Of a DNA stretch of 64,000 nt, positions 38,294 through 48,433 are shown piece after piece (the first letter of the stretch is position 1; every line of letters begins with the position of its first letter). Position numbers and translations under genes: made by a program. The DNA comes from an uncultured euryarchaeote (GTDB taxonomy: Archaea; Thermoplasmatota; Poseidoniia; Poseidoniales; Poseidoniaceae), in the NCBI GenBank assembly GCA_937899865.1, contig CALBRH010000044.1, forward strand, positions 64,001 through 128,000, read 5' to 3'. Below the pieces are notes generated by a model. The model ran no database searches. It saw nothing but the letters and a program-made list of their open reading frames with translations, and was not told the DNA's origin.

Positions 38294-41200
38294 GTGCGTA
38301 GAAGTCAATCAACACTATTAACAACTCTTGCAGTAGTCATCAGTCTGCTTTTTATGTCGCAGTTTCCAACTATTTCTCCGGTATCTAATATTCATCCTGA
38401 TGATACTGATCAAGAACGTCCTCCTACAACTGATTCAGATGGTGACGGAATTCCGGATGTTCATGAGAATTTATTCAGTGAATGGGTAAATGGTACGGCT
38501 ATTGATGGCCGAGGCTATGCAATGGAGGGTTTGGATAAGGATGATGCATCTGATGCAACTTTGGATCTCGATAAAGATGGTTTGAATGCTACAGAAGAAT
38601 ATTGCTGGCCATACCCAGCCGATTGTACCGACCCCGGATTCTTAAGAGGTTTAACCGGAGTAGTAGATGGTGAAGGCATTCGTTCTTATCTTGACCCAAG
38701 AAAGTCAGATACTGATGGCGATGGAATGCCTGATGGTTATGAGGCATACATGTGTTTGCGAATAGGTGGATTTGATGTCTTTGCTCAACGCTACCAGTGT
38801 GAGGATTTTGACCCACTAAATGCTAGTGATGCAACAAAAGATCCTGATATGGATGGTTTTGATGTGAATAGGGATGGGATAATGAATCAAAACGAGTGGT
38901 ATACATCTAGTGAAGAATATATTTATGGAGCCCCATCAAATCATACTACAGAACTTGATGGCTTATGGTGTGCAGCAACATTACCAGAGGGTTCACTTCT
39001 AACAAATTGGCCTTTTATTCCGACCGGAGTAAATGCAACCTTCCAAAATCTGTTACCAGCTTGTACGAATGCTGAGTCTCCAGTTGGTGAAGATTTGTGG
39101 TTAGGTACTGATCCATTATTGAAGGATTCTGACCGATATAACTGGGATGGTTTTTCAATTCGTAGCTTATTTCCATCATTTGGAGATGGCATCCCTGATG
39201 GCTGGGAAGTTCATTTTGGAATAGATCCATTGAATCGTAGTAGTGCATTAACTGATGAGGATTTTGATGGTTGGGATGCTAATTTAGATGGTGTGTTTTC
39301 CCCAGATGTTAGTAGAACTGAAACTGCCTTGGCACTTGGAGAACAACTATCAAATATTGAAGAATATAATATCTATTTTGATGATGGTAATCAAGTAATT
39401 GCAGGTTTAAAATCAGTTGAATTTGATGCAGAAAATCCTACATTGTTTAGTTATCCAATTTCCTTTGCCACATCAAATGACGAGATGAGCATTATCCATC
39501 ATGATATTAGGGCGATGGATGTTGTTGGAAATATGGTATATGTCACAACTAAATATGGTATTTCAGTAATGGATTTTGAAGCTGAATCAAGTGTCGATTA
39601 TTGGATGCCACAAGGAGTTATTCTCCAAGATGCTGAACTTCTCTTTGATTCAGATGATGAATTATACGCTATTGCTACAGCCTCAAATTTTGGTCTTGGT
39701 GTTGGAAGAATCCAAGTTGATGGTTTCCTTCAAGGAGTCGAAAATTGGGATTGGTCTCTAACAGATGCTATTCTTGAGATTGAAGAATTAGAAATTAATA
39801 GTCCAAATAATCAAGTTATTGGACTAGGTTTTGCTGGTGCTGGTAATGTCTTCGAAATCAGCAGTTTTGGTTTGATTGAGGAGGTTCACAGTGTTAGCAA
39901 TTCGATAACTGATCAACTATCTATTGGTAACGCTACAGTATCAGATATTGAACACGGGCTTGCAAATGGTAACCTAACATTATTTGTTGGCACCGACAGA
40001 GGTCTTCTAATTTCTGAAACTAATTCAGGAAGAGATGGAGATTCTGCTGACTGGAGATTTTACTTTACAAGGGAAGATACTGGAATCTTTGCTTCGATAA
40101 ATGAACTTAGAACTTTACCAGTTGGAAGTGATGAAAATCCAGCAGAAATTAGAGACTTACATCTAGATGGTCCAACATTAGATAATCCGCAAGTATTGTG
40201 GTTTGGCACTCCTTCAGGACTCCATCAAATGAGGTTGATAGATGATGTAATTAGCCACAGTGGTTTACTTGAGAATCCCGGTACAGATGAAATAAGTACA
40301 AAGGATATCAATAATATTAGAGCAATTCATACTACCGGTGAACAGATAATTCTTGGTTCCAATGCTGGTACTTGGGTTGTATCTGGTGACTATTCCAATG
40401 TTTATGAGATTGACCAGCAGGAAATCATTCCAGGTTATATCTCTGAAATAGTAACAATAGGCGACTCAGGTAATATGACGATTATAGGTGCAGCTGAGCC
40501 AGGAAAATATTCCAATCTAGAATTGATGAATCCTAAATCCAATGATTCAGATAGTGATGGGATACCAGATGGTTGGGAGCTTGGCAATGGTTTAGATCCA
40601 ACAGATCCATGGGACGCAAGGCTAGACTTTGATTACGATGGTCTAGACTTAGATCAATCCGGCGATGGGATCTATGAGCGTTTATGGACAAACCTTGATG
40701 AGTTTAGATATATTGAAAGAACCGAAGATGGCTACAATTCTACTAATCCAAATGTTGGTGATACCGATGGCGATGGTTTAAGTGATGGAGCGGAATATTT
40801 CGGATTTTTCTATGAGAGTTCGAATCTTTGGTGTTATTATAATGTACAATTAGAATACATTTGTGATAGCCAAATTGGTGCAAATGCTAACGCTACTTAT
40901 CTTCAATCTTCTATTGTAGATGTTGGAACAGATCCAACAAATTTCGATAGTGATGGAGATGGTATGCCTGACGGTTGGGAAATAGAACACCGTCGCTGGG
41001 TCGGCTCTTCCTTTACAGGAGGTAATAATTGGTCACTGGATCCAAATCGAGCGGAAGATGCCAATTGGGATGCAGATGGAGATGGTTTGCAAAATCTATG
41101 TGAATATCAATGGAGCCAATTGAAATATGAAGCAATGGAAGGTTTGTTGCTTGAATCACATGGTGAGAATGTTACCTTTGCTGAGAATTGGAGTGAGTCA

Positions 41201-44038
41201 GATCCAAATAATGTAGATTCAGATGGCGACACCTTGCCTGATGGATGGGAGGCATCTTATTCATGTTCTTGGAGCCCTGGTAGAGCAGGAATAAATCCTT
41301 TGAATGGTTCAGATGCACTTAACAATCCAGACAATGATGGTTATGATATTGATAGGGATGGAGTTTTACAACTTAATGAGGCATTCGTAAACTATCTAGA
41401 ATATCATCTACGAGATGATTTATTCAATGATGAATCACCAGTTGATTTTGACAATTTACCATTTGGATTATCTACTGATTTGTTTGATAATGTTGCTGCA
41501 AATGGTAATCCAGAAGCATCCTATTCTCAAAGAGCAGCAGGTTCTTACTTGGCAACCCAGAATCCATTAGATTTGGGTGCTTCAGATCCGTTGAATTCTG
41601 ATTCAGATAATGATGGAATGCCTGATGGTTGGGAGATTTGGTTTTCGAGATGGGATGTTTTACAGGATGAATGGACACTAAATCCATTGCAACCTGCAGA
41701 CCGTTGGCAAGATGCTGATGATGATGGGATGACTAACTGGGAAGAGTATAATGCAATTGATCCAATATTGACTGAAACTGATGCTGAAAGAACATCTCCT
41801 AAGTGGTTTGTAACTACTATTGGTAGTGCTTATACTTTCCAAGCATGGGCAGGAATACAAACGGATTTATCTTTTGGCTCATTTGTCAATTCTACCCAAA
41901 GAAATCTTACTGGCTTGACTGGAGATCCAAATAATGTTGACACTGATGGAGATGGAATAATTGATGGTGTGGAACTTCTGTTCACTACTTGGAATTCATC
42001 TGCACAAGCTTGGACGCTAAACCCACTAATTCCAGGAGATGGTTTGTTTGATTCTGATGAAGATGGTCTTATTGACCTTCAAGAATTTGCTTTAGTAACA
42101 TCTAACCCTGATAATGGAATTGAACACCCCTCTGATGCACCTTTACTCCATATTGATGGTGATTTATTACAACCAACAGAAAAATCACAAAGAATGTTCA
42201 ATATGCTGATTTCTAAGGAAACTCGAGGTAAAAGATTGCTAAACGATTTTAATGATTGGCAAAATGGTGAACCTGCTAATGCTTTTATTTCAATTCTGAT
42301 GGGAATAACAGACCCTACAAACCCTGATACTGATGGTGACGGAATGTATGATGGTTTCGAATACTGGTTCGCAGAATGGGATTTAGAGAACAATTTGTGG
42401 AGTATTAATCCTCTTATCGATGGAGACGTGTTACTGGATACAGATGGAGATAGTTTTGATTGTGATGGAGATGGGAACATTTCTCTTGAAGAAAGATTTT
42501 CCAACCTAAGGGAATGGGAATCAAGAACGTGGGGTAAATATTCAGAACGAAATACTGTCCCTCAAGAAGTAGGAATTCTCAGTTTTGGTGATGATGCAAT
42601 AAATGCATACATTGAGGAATTAGGCTATACCTATTTGCAAGCTACAAATGCTTTGTACAACGATTTTATTTCAAAGAGTCCAGATAGTGCTGATAGGATG
42701 CAAAAAATTAATTCATACGATTATAATAATTTCAATCGAACTTTAATCGGTGTGGCTGACCCAACAAGTTCAGATTCAGATGGTGATTCAATTCCAGATG
42801 GTTGGGAATATTGTTACGCGATTTATGGTATGCCAGATGTCACAACTCAAGATCATTGGGCTGCAAATCCAATCAATCCACACGATGTAAATTATGATGG
42901 TGATAGCGATGGATGGTATGATAGAAATTCTCTTGATATTCCCGCATTACAAGGGACTTGGGATGAACGTGATTTCATAGAAAGTGGAGTACTCATTCAA
43001 CCAGGGCCAGGTTCTCTTCCATTCACCAATTTGATGGAATGGAATAACAATACAAGACCTGATTTAAATGATACAGATGGAGATTCTGTAACATTCATTA
43101 CGCAAGTAAACAATGGGTTGGTCACCTCTCACCAAATAGATTACAATCTAAGTGATGGACGTGAAGTTTTCAAGTATGGAATTAATCCGATGGATAATGA
43201 TTCAGATGGAGATATGTTGCCAGATTGGTATGAATACAAGATGGCTTGGAATGAATCAAATGACAATTTTTCTTCATATCTAAAAATCAAGGTTGTATGG
43301 ATTGATTCGTTAACTGGTGGTGATTGTGATACTAATACAGTATCTTGTCTCCCACTTTCATCTGACTCAGGTATTTTATCAAGACCAGAATTAGAGTTCA
43401 CTTGGTTTACTCTTAATCCAGCAGACCCTGTAGATGCGAATTACGACCCTGATAACGATGGAAATTATGATTGCTCAGGAGCAGGATGTAATTATGAGCC
43501 ATATACTAATTTTCAAGAATTCTTTATGTTGAATGATGAGGATTTAACCTCGCCAAATGCTGTAAGATTATCTCCTTTAATTTACCAAGGCAATCCTGTA
43601 GAAGAATGGTGGCAATTTAGAGGATACACGTTGGGACTTGGAACACCAGAAGAGCCCACAAGTAATTATCTGAAAATGGATAAACAGTCTTCAACAGATT
43701 TCCGTTATGTGTTGATTATGGATGATAATGACGATGATTTCCTAACTCTAGACCCTGCTGATGACGAAATTTTACTATCTGGTGCTCAAACTGACCCTTG
43801 GGAGATTTACTACACCAGTTCTCCGCAAACCGCACCTGTTAGGGCAGTTGGAGAACACGAATTAGGTTGGTACATGATGGATTTCGATGATGACCATATT
43901 GCAGAAGGTAGTAGTCCGATAAATTGGGATACCGATGGTGATTGGATAGTAGATTGGTTTGAAGTAAATGATGATGAAGAAGATGGCATAAGAGGAGACT
44001 CATCGCCAATAAGATATGATTCAAGGCAAACTGGATGA
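38294..44038 (+). CDS. Giant secreted acidic protein (1914 aa) with about 25 DxDxDG Ca-binding (TSP3-like) repeats around a beta-propeller
   Basis: GTG start after GAGGTGA; N-terminal hydrophobic segment; recurring DSDGDGxPDGWE..DPL..DxDxDG units; propeller blades at about 39491-40500 (VYVTTKYGISV, LFVGTDRGLLI, LWFGTPSGLH, ILGSNAGTW). Confidence 0.85.
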   Translation: MRRSQSTLLTTLAVVISLLFMSQFPTISPVSNIHPDDTDQERPPTTDSDGDGIPDVHENLFSEWVNGTAIDGRGYAMEGLDKDDASDATLDLDKDGLNATEEYCWPYPADCTDPGFLRGLTGVVDGEGIRSYLDPRKSDTDGDGMPDGYEAYMCLRIGGFDVFAQRYQCEDFDPLNASDATKDPDMDGFDVNRDGIMNQNEWYTSSEEYIYGAPSNHTTELDGLWCAATLPEGSLLTNWPFIPTGVNATFQNLLPACTNAESPVGEDLWLGTDPLLKDSDRYNWDGFSIRSLFPSFGDGIPDGWEVHFGIDPLNRSSALTDEDFDGWDANLDGVFSPDVSRTETALALGEQLSNIEEYNIYFDDGNQVIAGLKSVEFDAENPTLFSYPISFATSNDEMSIIHHDIRAMDVVGNMVYVTTKYGISVMDFEAESSVDYWMPQGVILQDAELLFDSDDELYAIATASNFGLGVGRIQVDGFLQGVENWDWSLTDAILEIEELEINSPNNQVIGLGFAGAGNVFEISSFGLIEEVHSVSNSITDQLSIGNATVSDIEHGLANGNLTLFVGTDRGLLISETNSGRDGDSADWRFYFTREDTGIFASINELRTLPVGSDENPAEIRDLHLDGPTLDNPQVLWFGTPSGLHQMRLIDDVISHSGLLENPGTDEISTKDINNIRAIHTTGEQIILGSNAGTWVVSGDYSNVYEIDQQEIIPGYISEIVTIGDSGNMTIIGAAEPGKYSNLELMNPKSNDSDSDGIPDGWELGNGLDPTDPWDARLDFDYDGLDLDQSGDGIYERLWTNLDEFRYIERTEDGYNSTNPNVGDTDGDGLSDGAEYFGFFYESSNLWCYYNVQLEYICDSQIGANANATYLQSSIVDVGTDPTNFDSDGDGMPDGWEIEHRRWVGSSFTGGNNWSLDPNRAEDANWDADGDGLQNLCEYQWSQLKYEAMEGLLLESHGENVTFAENWSESDPNNVDSDGDTLPDGWEASYSCSWSPGRAGINPLNGSDALNNPDNDGYDIDRDGVLQLNEAFVNYLEYHLRDDLFNDESPVDFDNLPFGLSTDLFDNVAANGNPEASYSQRAAGSYLATQNPLDLGASDPLNSDSDNDGMPDGWEIWFSRWDVLQDEWTLNPLQPADRWQDADDDGMTNWEEYNAIDPILTETDAERTSPKWFVTTIGSAYTFQAWAGIQTDLSFGSFVNSTQRNLTGLTGDPNNVDTDGDGIIDGVELLFTTWNSSAQAWTLNPLIPGDGLFDSDEDGLIDLQEFALVTSNPDNGIEHPSDAPLLHIDGDLLQPTEKSQRMFNMLISKETRGKRLLNDFNDWQNGEPANAFISILMGITDPTNPDTDGDGMYDGFEYWFAEWDLENNLWSINPLIDGDVLLDTDGDSFDCDGDGNISLEERFSNLREWESRTWGKYSERNTVPQEVGILSFGDDAINAYIEELGYTYLQATNALYNDFISKSPDSADRMQKINSYDYNNFNRTLIGVADPTSSDSDGDSIPDGWEYCYAIYGMPDVTTQDHWAANPINPHDVNYDGDSDGWYDRNSLDIPALQGTWDERDFIESGVLIQPGPGSLPFTNLMEWNNNTRPDLNDTDGDSVTFITQVNNGLVTSHQIDYNLSDGREVFKYGINPMDNDSDGDMLPDWYEYKMAWNESNDNFSSYLKIKVVWIDSLTGGDCDTNTVSCLPLSSDSGILSRPELEFTWFTLNPADPVDANYDPDNDGNYDCSGAGCNYEPYTNFQEFFMLNDEDLTSPNAVRLSPLIYQGNPVEEWWQFRGYTLGLGTPEEPTSNYLKMDKQSSTDFRYVLIMDDNDDDFLTLDPADDEILLSGAQTDPWEIYYTSSPQTAPVRAVGEHELGWYMMDFDDDHIAEGSSPINWDTDGDWIVDWFEVNDDEEDGIRGDSSPIRYDSRQTG

Positions 44039-44056
44039 AATTTCAGAGGTGCTTTT

Positions 44057-44500
44057 TTGTCAGATAAATCAGTTGATTCCTTGGTTACTCTTCAAGAGAG
44101 GATGGTCAATTTGATCAAGCAATTGAATATGCCATTGGTTGAAGTAAGTATGGTTATTCAAAATATGATTAGTCCAATGCTTGATTCATTGAAAATATAT
44201 GCTAAAGAGAATGAGATGCAAATTCCTGATAAGATATTGAATCAATGGCCAATTGAAAAACCAATTCATGAAGAAGTGAAATCATCATTAGCTATTGATA
44301 AACTTCTTTCAGTTCTAGATCAAGATAGGATGGATATCTTAGAAACTTTAGTAAGAGTCACGATGATTGAAACTGAAATGATATTGCTGGACGGCATTTC
44401 AGCACTAAGAATGTGGGAGCATTTGGCTAGAGTTCAATTAGCGAACATAATCTCCCCAGGTCAATTATTTTCACCATTTGAAATACCAGAAGACTGGTGA
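44057..44500 (+). CDS. Hypothetical cytoplasmic alpha-helical protein (147 aa)
   Basis: TTG start 7 nt after GAGGTG; fills the gap between two co-directional genes. Confidence 0.7.
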   Translation: MSDKSVDSLVTLQERMVNLIKQLNMPLVEVSMVIQNMISPMLDSLKIYAKENEMQIPDKILNQWPIEKPIHEEVKSSLAIDKLLSVLDQDRMDILETLVRVTMIETEMILLDGISALRMWEHLARVQLANIISPGQLFSPFEIPEDW

Positions 44501-44534
44501 CAGTATTTTGAATAACAAAAGGTTGGGTCTGTAT

Positions 44535-45326
44535 ATGGGCAAAAAGAAAACGCTCCCTATTCTATTCGGTTTGCTAATGATTTTCTCGGCATTCTCTGGT
44601 TGCTTTGGAGATGATTTTTTGCAATCTCCGGACAAAAAAGGCATACCTGGAGGCTTAACGTTGGCATGCCTAAGTTCGGATGAGTATACCTCGATGGTCG
44701 TTGAAATTGATTACGAATCGGGATATATGCCTGAACAGAGTTCTGTTGATCTTCTAAAAACAAGGCTACAAGAGGTTTGTGACAAACCAAATGGTATAGA
44801 TGTCCTACTTACAGAAACAAATTTTGAACATTCTGGTTCTTGGACTGCTGATGATGTAAGAGAAAAATCTTGGGAACACAAGTCTAACGACCCTCAGACC
44901 TCATCTACACTATATTGGCAAGCCATTTTTCCATCTGGAACTTATAGTGACGGGGGGGTTCTAGGTGTAGCAGTCGATGCATCCACAGTTGCTATTTTCA
45001 AAGAAACAGTTGAAGACGCTGAAGGACCGATTTTTAATCGACCTTCTGCAGAAGAAATTGAAAATAGTGTATTAGTTCACGAATTTGGACATTTACTTGG
45101 TTTAGTTAATTTGGTCTACAAATCACCGGTTGATCATGAGGACAAAGATCATCCCGGTCATTCAAATAATGAAGATTCAGTAATGTATTGGGCAGTAGAA
45201 TCTGCAGACATAGGTACTATCATCACAGGTCAATTACCAGATGAGTTTGATAACGATGATTTGAATGACCTTTCGGGAATCTTAAGTGGTGAAATTCCAG
45301 TTTGGGATCAACTTTGGGTTCCTTAG
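44535..45326 (+). CDS. Lipoprotein zinc metalloprotease (metzincin/matrixin-like)
   Basis: MGKKK..FSAFSGC lipobox; HEFGHLLGL; downstream HPGHS and Met-turn SVMYW. Confidence 0.82.
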   Translation: MGKKKTLPILFGLLMIFSAFSGCFGDDFLQSPDKKGIPGGLTLACLSSDEYTSMVVEIDYESGYMPEQSSVDLLKTRLQEVCDKPNGIDVLLTETNFEHSGSWTADDVREKSWEHKSNDPQTSSTLYWQAIFPSGTYSDGGVLGVAVDASTVAIFKETVEDAEGPIFNRPSAEEIENSVLVHEFGHLLGLVNLVYKSPVDHEDKDHPGHSNNEDSVMYWAVESADIGTIITGQLPDEFDNDDLNDLSGILSGEIPVWDQLWVP

Positions 45327-45652
45327 TTGTTGCTTTCAGCAACCAACTTTGTTGCATCTCTCCAAGCATCAAAAATTGAATAACCCCACAGAACAAACCA
45401 AAGAATTACTGTTAGAGCTAGTGGAATTTGTAGTAAAGCAAGGTCAAAACCCTTCTGATGTTTACGATTAAAGTGCTGACCCAAAAATAAGAATGGTACA
45501 GCTGCAATAATTGCTGCAACCAATGGTCTTAAAGCACCCCAAAAACCTACTCCAAGAGTCATTTCTTTCCAGATCTGTCTAAATATTTTTAACCCGGTAA
45601 CCAATTTATTTGGCTCCGAATTTGATTTAGAAAAACTTGACTCTGTCATCAT
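45323..45652 (-). CDS. Small membrane protein (2-3 TM)
   Basis: 109-aa ORF with hydrophobic segments, filling the gap between genes. Confidence 0.65.
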   Translation of the reverse strand: MMTESSFSKSNSEPNKLVTGLKIFRQIWKEMTLGVGFWGALRPLVAAIIAAVPFLFLGQHFNRKHQKGFDLALLQIPLALTVILWFVLWGYSIFDAWRDATKLVAESNN

Positions 45653-45742
45653 GACTCAAGTAACGGTATGACTTCCACCATGTCAATATAACGCAAGATT
45701 GTATACAAACAGGGTCAAAAGTTCAACCTCACTGGGATATTC

Positions 45743-46768
45743 ATGGCGAGAATTTTGCTGACAGGATTTGAGCCATTCGGCGACAATCTAGAAAATGTTT
45801 CAGAAAAAATACTCAATATGATTGATTCTACAATAACTGTCTGTGATCCTTGGCATAATTCAAGAAAGTCAAACATAACTTATCCTGGAATTGAAGTAAC
45901 AATTGAAAAACAATTGTTGACAGTTGATAAACCAGGTTCAGTTTTAGTTTCTGATAGGATTTCTAATGGGGAAAAGTGGGATGCAATAGTTCACATGGGG
46001 CTTTGTGAGTCATGTGATTCAATTAAATTTGAGACAACTGCTAAAAATCTTCTAGATATGAGAATCCCTGATAATTTAGGCCGCCAAATTTCAAATCAGC
46101 AACTTGGTAATACTGATTTGCATTGTAATAAGTTCGTTAAAGATGCAATTTCATATCCTTCGATTAGTGGTTTGAATTTATCAAATGATGCGGGGACATT
46201 TCTTTGCAATGAGACCTATTTTAGAACTCTAGAATCATTGAATAAAACCGAACAATATGGTTCAATTAAAACTTGCTTTATTCATATTCCAAGCGAGCAA
46301 AAAATTTCTTTGCAATATTCAATAAGTACTCTAAAGAAAATCATTGCGAGATTTTTTTACAAACCAGTTCTCGAAGTGGTTGGTGCATTATTGATTAGAA
46401 ATGAGAAAATCATGTTAGCACGTAGAAATAGTGTGTCAAAATTATCGGGCAATTGGGAATTCCCAGGTGGTAAAGTCGAGGATGGTGAATCACATTTTTT
46501 AGCAATACAAAGAGAAATGATGGAAGAATTCAATTGTGAGGTGATTCCAATCCGATTTGTTTCAAGTAATTATCATGAGTATACAGACTTAGCAATTAAT
46601 TTACACATTGTAGAAATTAAATTAGAGATTGACGAACTGGAGACAAATAGAAAACTGTGGACTTCCCACGATAAGATTGGATGGTTTGACAATCTTACAG
46701 GAATTAATATTGCACCTGCTGATTATGACTTAGCATTGTCAATTTTGGAGACAATCAATGCCAAGTAG
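45743..46768 (+). CDS. Pyroglutamyl-peptidase I (C15) fused to a Nudix (MutT-like) hydrolase
   Basis: N-terminal ILLTGFEPFG, FETTAKN..IPDN, DAGTFLCNETY, FIHIP; C-terminal WEFPGGKVEDGESHFLAIQREMMEE (Nudix box). Confidence 0.88.
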   Translation: MARILLTGFEPFGDNLENVSEKILNMIDSTITVCDPWHNSRKSNITYPGIEVTIEKQLLTVDKPGSVLVSDRISNGEKWDAIVHMGLCESCDSIKFETTAKNLLDMRIPDNLGRQISNQQLGNTDLHCNKFVKDAISYPSISGLNLSNDAGTFLCNETYFRTLESLNKTEQYGSIKTCFIHIPSEQKISLQYSISTLKKIIARFFYKPVLEVVGALLIRNEKIMLARRNSVSKLSGNWEFPGGKVEDGESHFLAIQREMMEEFNCEVIPIRFVSSNYHEYTDLAINLHIVEIKLEIDELETNRKLWTSHDKIGWFDNLTGINIAPADYDLALSILETINAK

Positions 46769-47270
46769 ATGCATCACCATCTTCATTCATTGTCCTTTCA
46801 TCATTAATTCTTCGAGGCACTGTATCTCGCCCCTTATGCCATGTTGCAGCTTCAATCCAAGCAGGTAAATCCTCTCCACTCATCTCAATCTTTATCACAC
46901 CTCCAAGAGGATTTTGGCTACCTAAATTGAATGCAATTTTGCCTGAGATTGATGCCTGTCTCAAGATTTCAAAACTGGTAGCATTGTCTTTCATATTCAT
47001 ACTCAATACATCTAATGCAGTATCTAATATGGCTTGCTTATGCAACAAAACGAGAAAATTATTCATCGACATATTTTCTTGTCTTAGTTCAAAATTTGAC
47101 GGATTGCCAAAACTTGGATGATTCATTGGTTTTGAATTGGTGAACTCTGGGAAGATATTTTGAATACTTTGCAAAACTAAGTCTGGAGATTCAGCCCCAG
47201 TAATCTTAGAAGTAACTATTGTATTGATACCTTCATCAACTCCATTCAGTAGTATTTTGGTATCAGTCAC
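46755..47270 (-). CDS. UPF0201/DUF54-like archaeal putative RNA-binding protein
   Basis: VLQSIQNIFP, LLHKQAILDTA, LRQASISGKIAF and PLGGVIKIE resemble the DUF54 family; GTG start. Confidence 0.65.
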   Translation of the reverse strand: MTDTKILLNGVDEGINTIVTSKITGAESPDLVLQSIQNIFPEFTNSKPMNHPSFGNPSNFELRQENMSMNNFLVLLHKQAILDTALDVLSMNMKDNATSFEILRQASISGKIAFNLGSQNPLGGVIKIEMSGEDLPAWIEAATWHKGRDTVPRRINDERTMNEDGDASTWH

Positions 47271-47358
47271 ATTACGGCTAAGTGTGTTTTACTCTTCAAA
47301 CTGTTTATTTTAGTGTTAGAATTAGTAAGTATGAAAACAAAAAGCACAATGGTGATTC

Positions 47359-48414
47359 ATGGCAGGCGAATTCACACAAGAAGTAGCGTCTGTAATACCA
47401 GTACTAAATGAGGAATCCACAATTATCGAATGCTTAGAATCTCTATGTAATCAATCGTATCCAAAAGAATTGCATAGTATTTACATTTTTGATGGAGGCT
47501 CAAGCGATTCTACTTATCAGTTAGTTAGCGAATTTATTGCAAATAAAGATCCCCTTTACCCTGAAATATCCTTGCACAAAAACCCTGGCAAATATGTTGC
47601 TGAGGCAAGAAATTTAGCACTTGAAATAATTCCAAATTCAGTTGATTATCTGTTGGAAATAATCGGGCATTGTACAATTGGAAAAAACCATATTGAATCG
47701 ATGATTGATGTAATCAATGATTTACATAAATCTAGTGCCAAGCCAGTTGGTGCTTTAGGAGTTAAGGTTGAATCTCGTGACGGAGATTTAGGTTTGACAG
47801 AATCTTGGATTGAAGCAGGTTTATCTTCCTCTTTGGCAAGTGGTAGTGGTCAATTCAGTAACTTTTCTGGGACCGAAAAAACCAATGTTCCTGCTTTTTG
47901 TCTACATTCACGTAAAGCCTTAGATGATGTAGGCGGTTGGGATACATCATTTATCACCAGTCAAGATAGTGACATTTCTATGAGAATGATTAATGCTGGC
48001 TATCAATTATACAGAACTGATGTAGTTGCTGTGAAGATGGCTAAAAGATATTCATTACTAAGTTGGGGCAAAATGGGCTTTCGCTATGGGTTTTGGCGTA
48101 CTAAACTTCTGAAGCGACACCGTAGGAGAGCAAGTTTACGAGAATTTTTGCCTTGGATTGGAATAATAATTACAATGGCATTACTTTTCAGTGGAGTTGA
48201 GTATTGGTATGTACCTGCTGGACTATATGCTGTAGTATTGGGCATTGAAGGGATTAGGACAACTATTGTAAAGCGAAATCTTTCGATGATTGTTGGAACA
48301 CCTTTAGCAATTATTATTTTACATACATCTTTCTCAATTGGTTTAATTTATGGGTTGTTTGGGAAATCACGTTCTTTCAATGATAGAGAATCAAACAATG
48401 GGAATCTAAATTAA
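47359..48414 (+). CDS. Family 2 glycosyltransferase (ExoA-like) with C-terminal TMs
   Basis: VIPVLNEE, DGGSSDST, ARNLAL, GGWD..SQDSDISMR, YGFWR; three C-terminal TM segments. Confidence 0.9.
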   Translation: MAGEFTQEVASVIPVLNEESTIIECLESLCNQSYPKELHSIYIFDGGSSDSTYQLVSEFIANKDPLYPEISLHKNPGKYVAEARNLALEIIPNSVDYLLEIIGHCTIGKNHIESMIDVINDLHKSSAKPVGALGVKVESRDGDLGLTESWIEAGLSSSLASGSGQFSNFSGTEKTNVPAFCLHSRKALDDVGGWDTSFITSQDSDISMRMINAGYQLYRTDVVAVKMAKRYSLLSWGKMGFRYGFWRTKLLKRHRRRASLREFLPWIGIIITMALLFSGVEYWYVPAGLYAVVLGIEGIRTTIVKRNLSMIVGTPLAIIILHTSFSIGLIYGLFGKSRSFNDRESNNGNLN

Positions 48415-48433
48415 TCGTAAACATAAACAGGAA

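Noticed and set aside
38294-44038. Binary toxin or anthrax PA-like toxin call from DxDxDGxPDxWE repeats
   Set aside because: The motif is a generic Ca-binding repeat, and no PA14, pore-forming or enzymatic toxin domain is evident.
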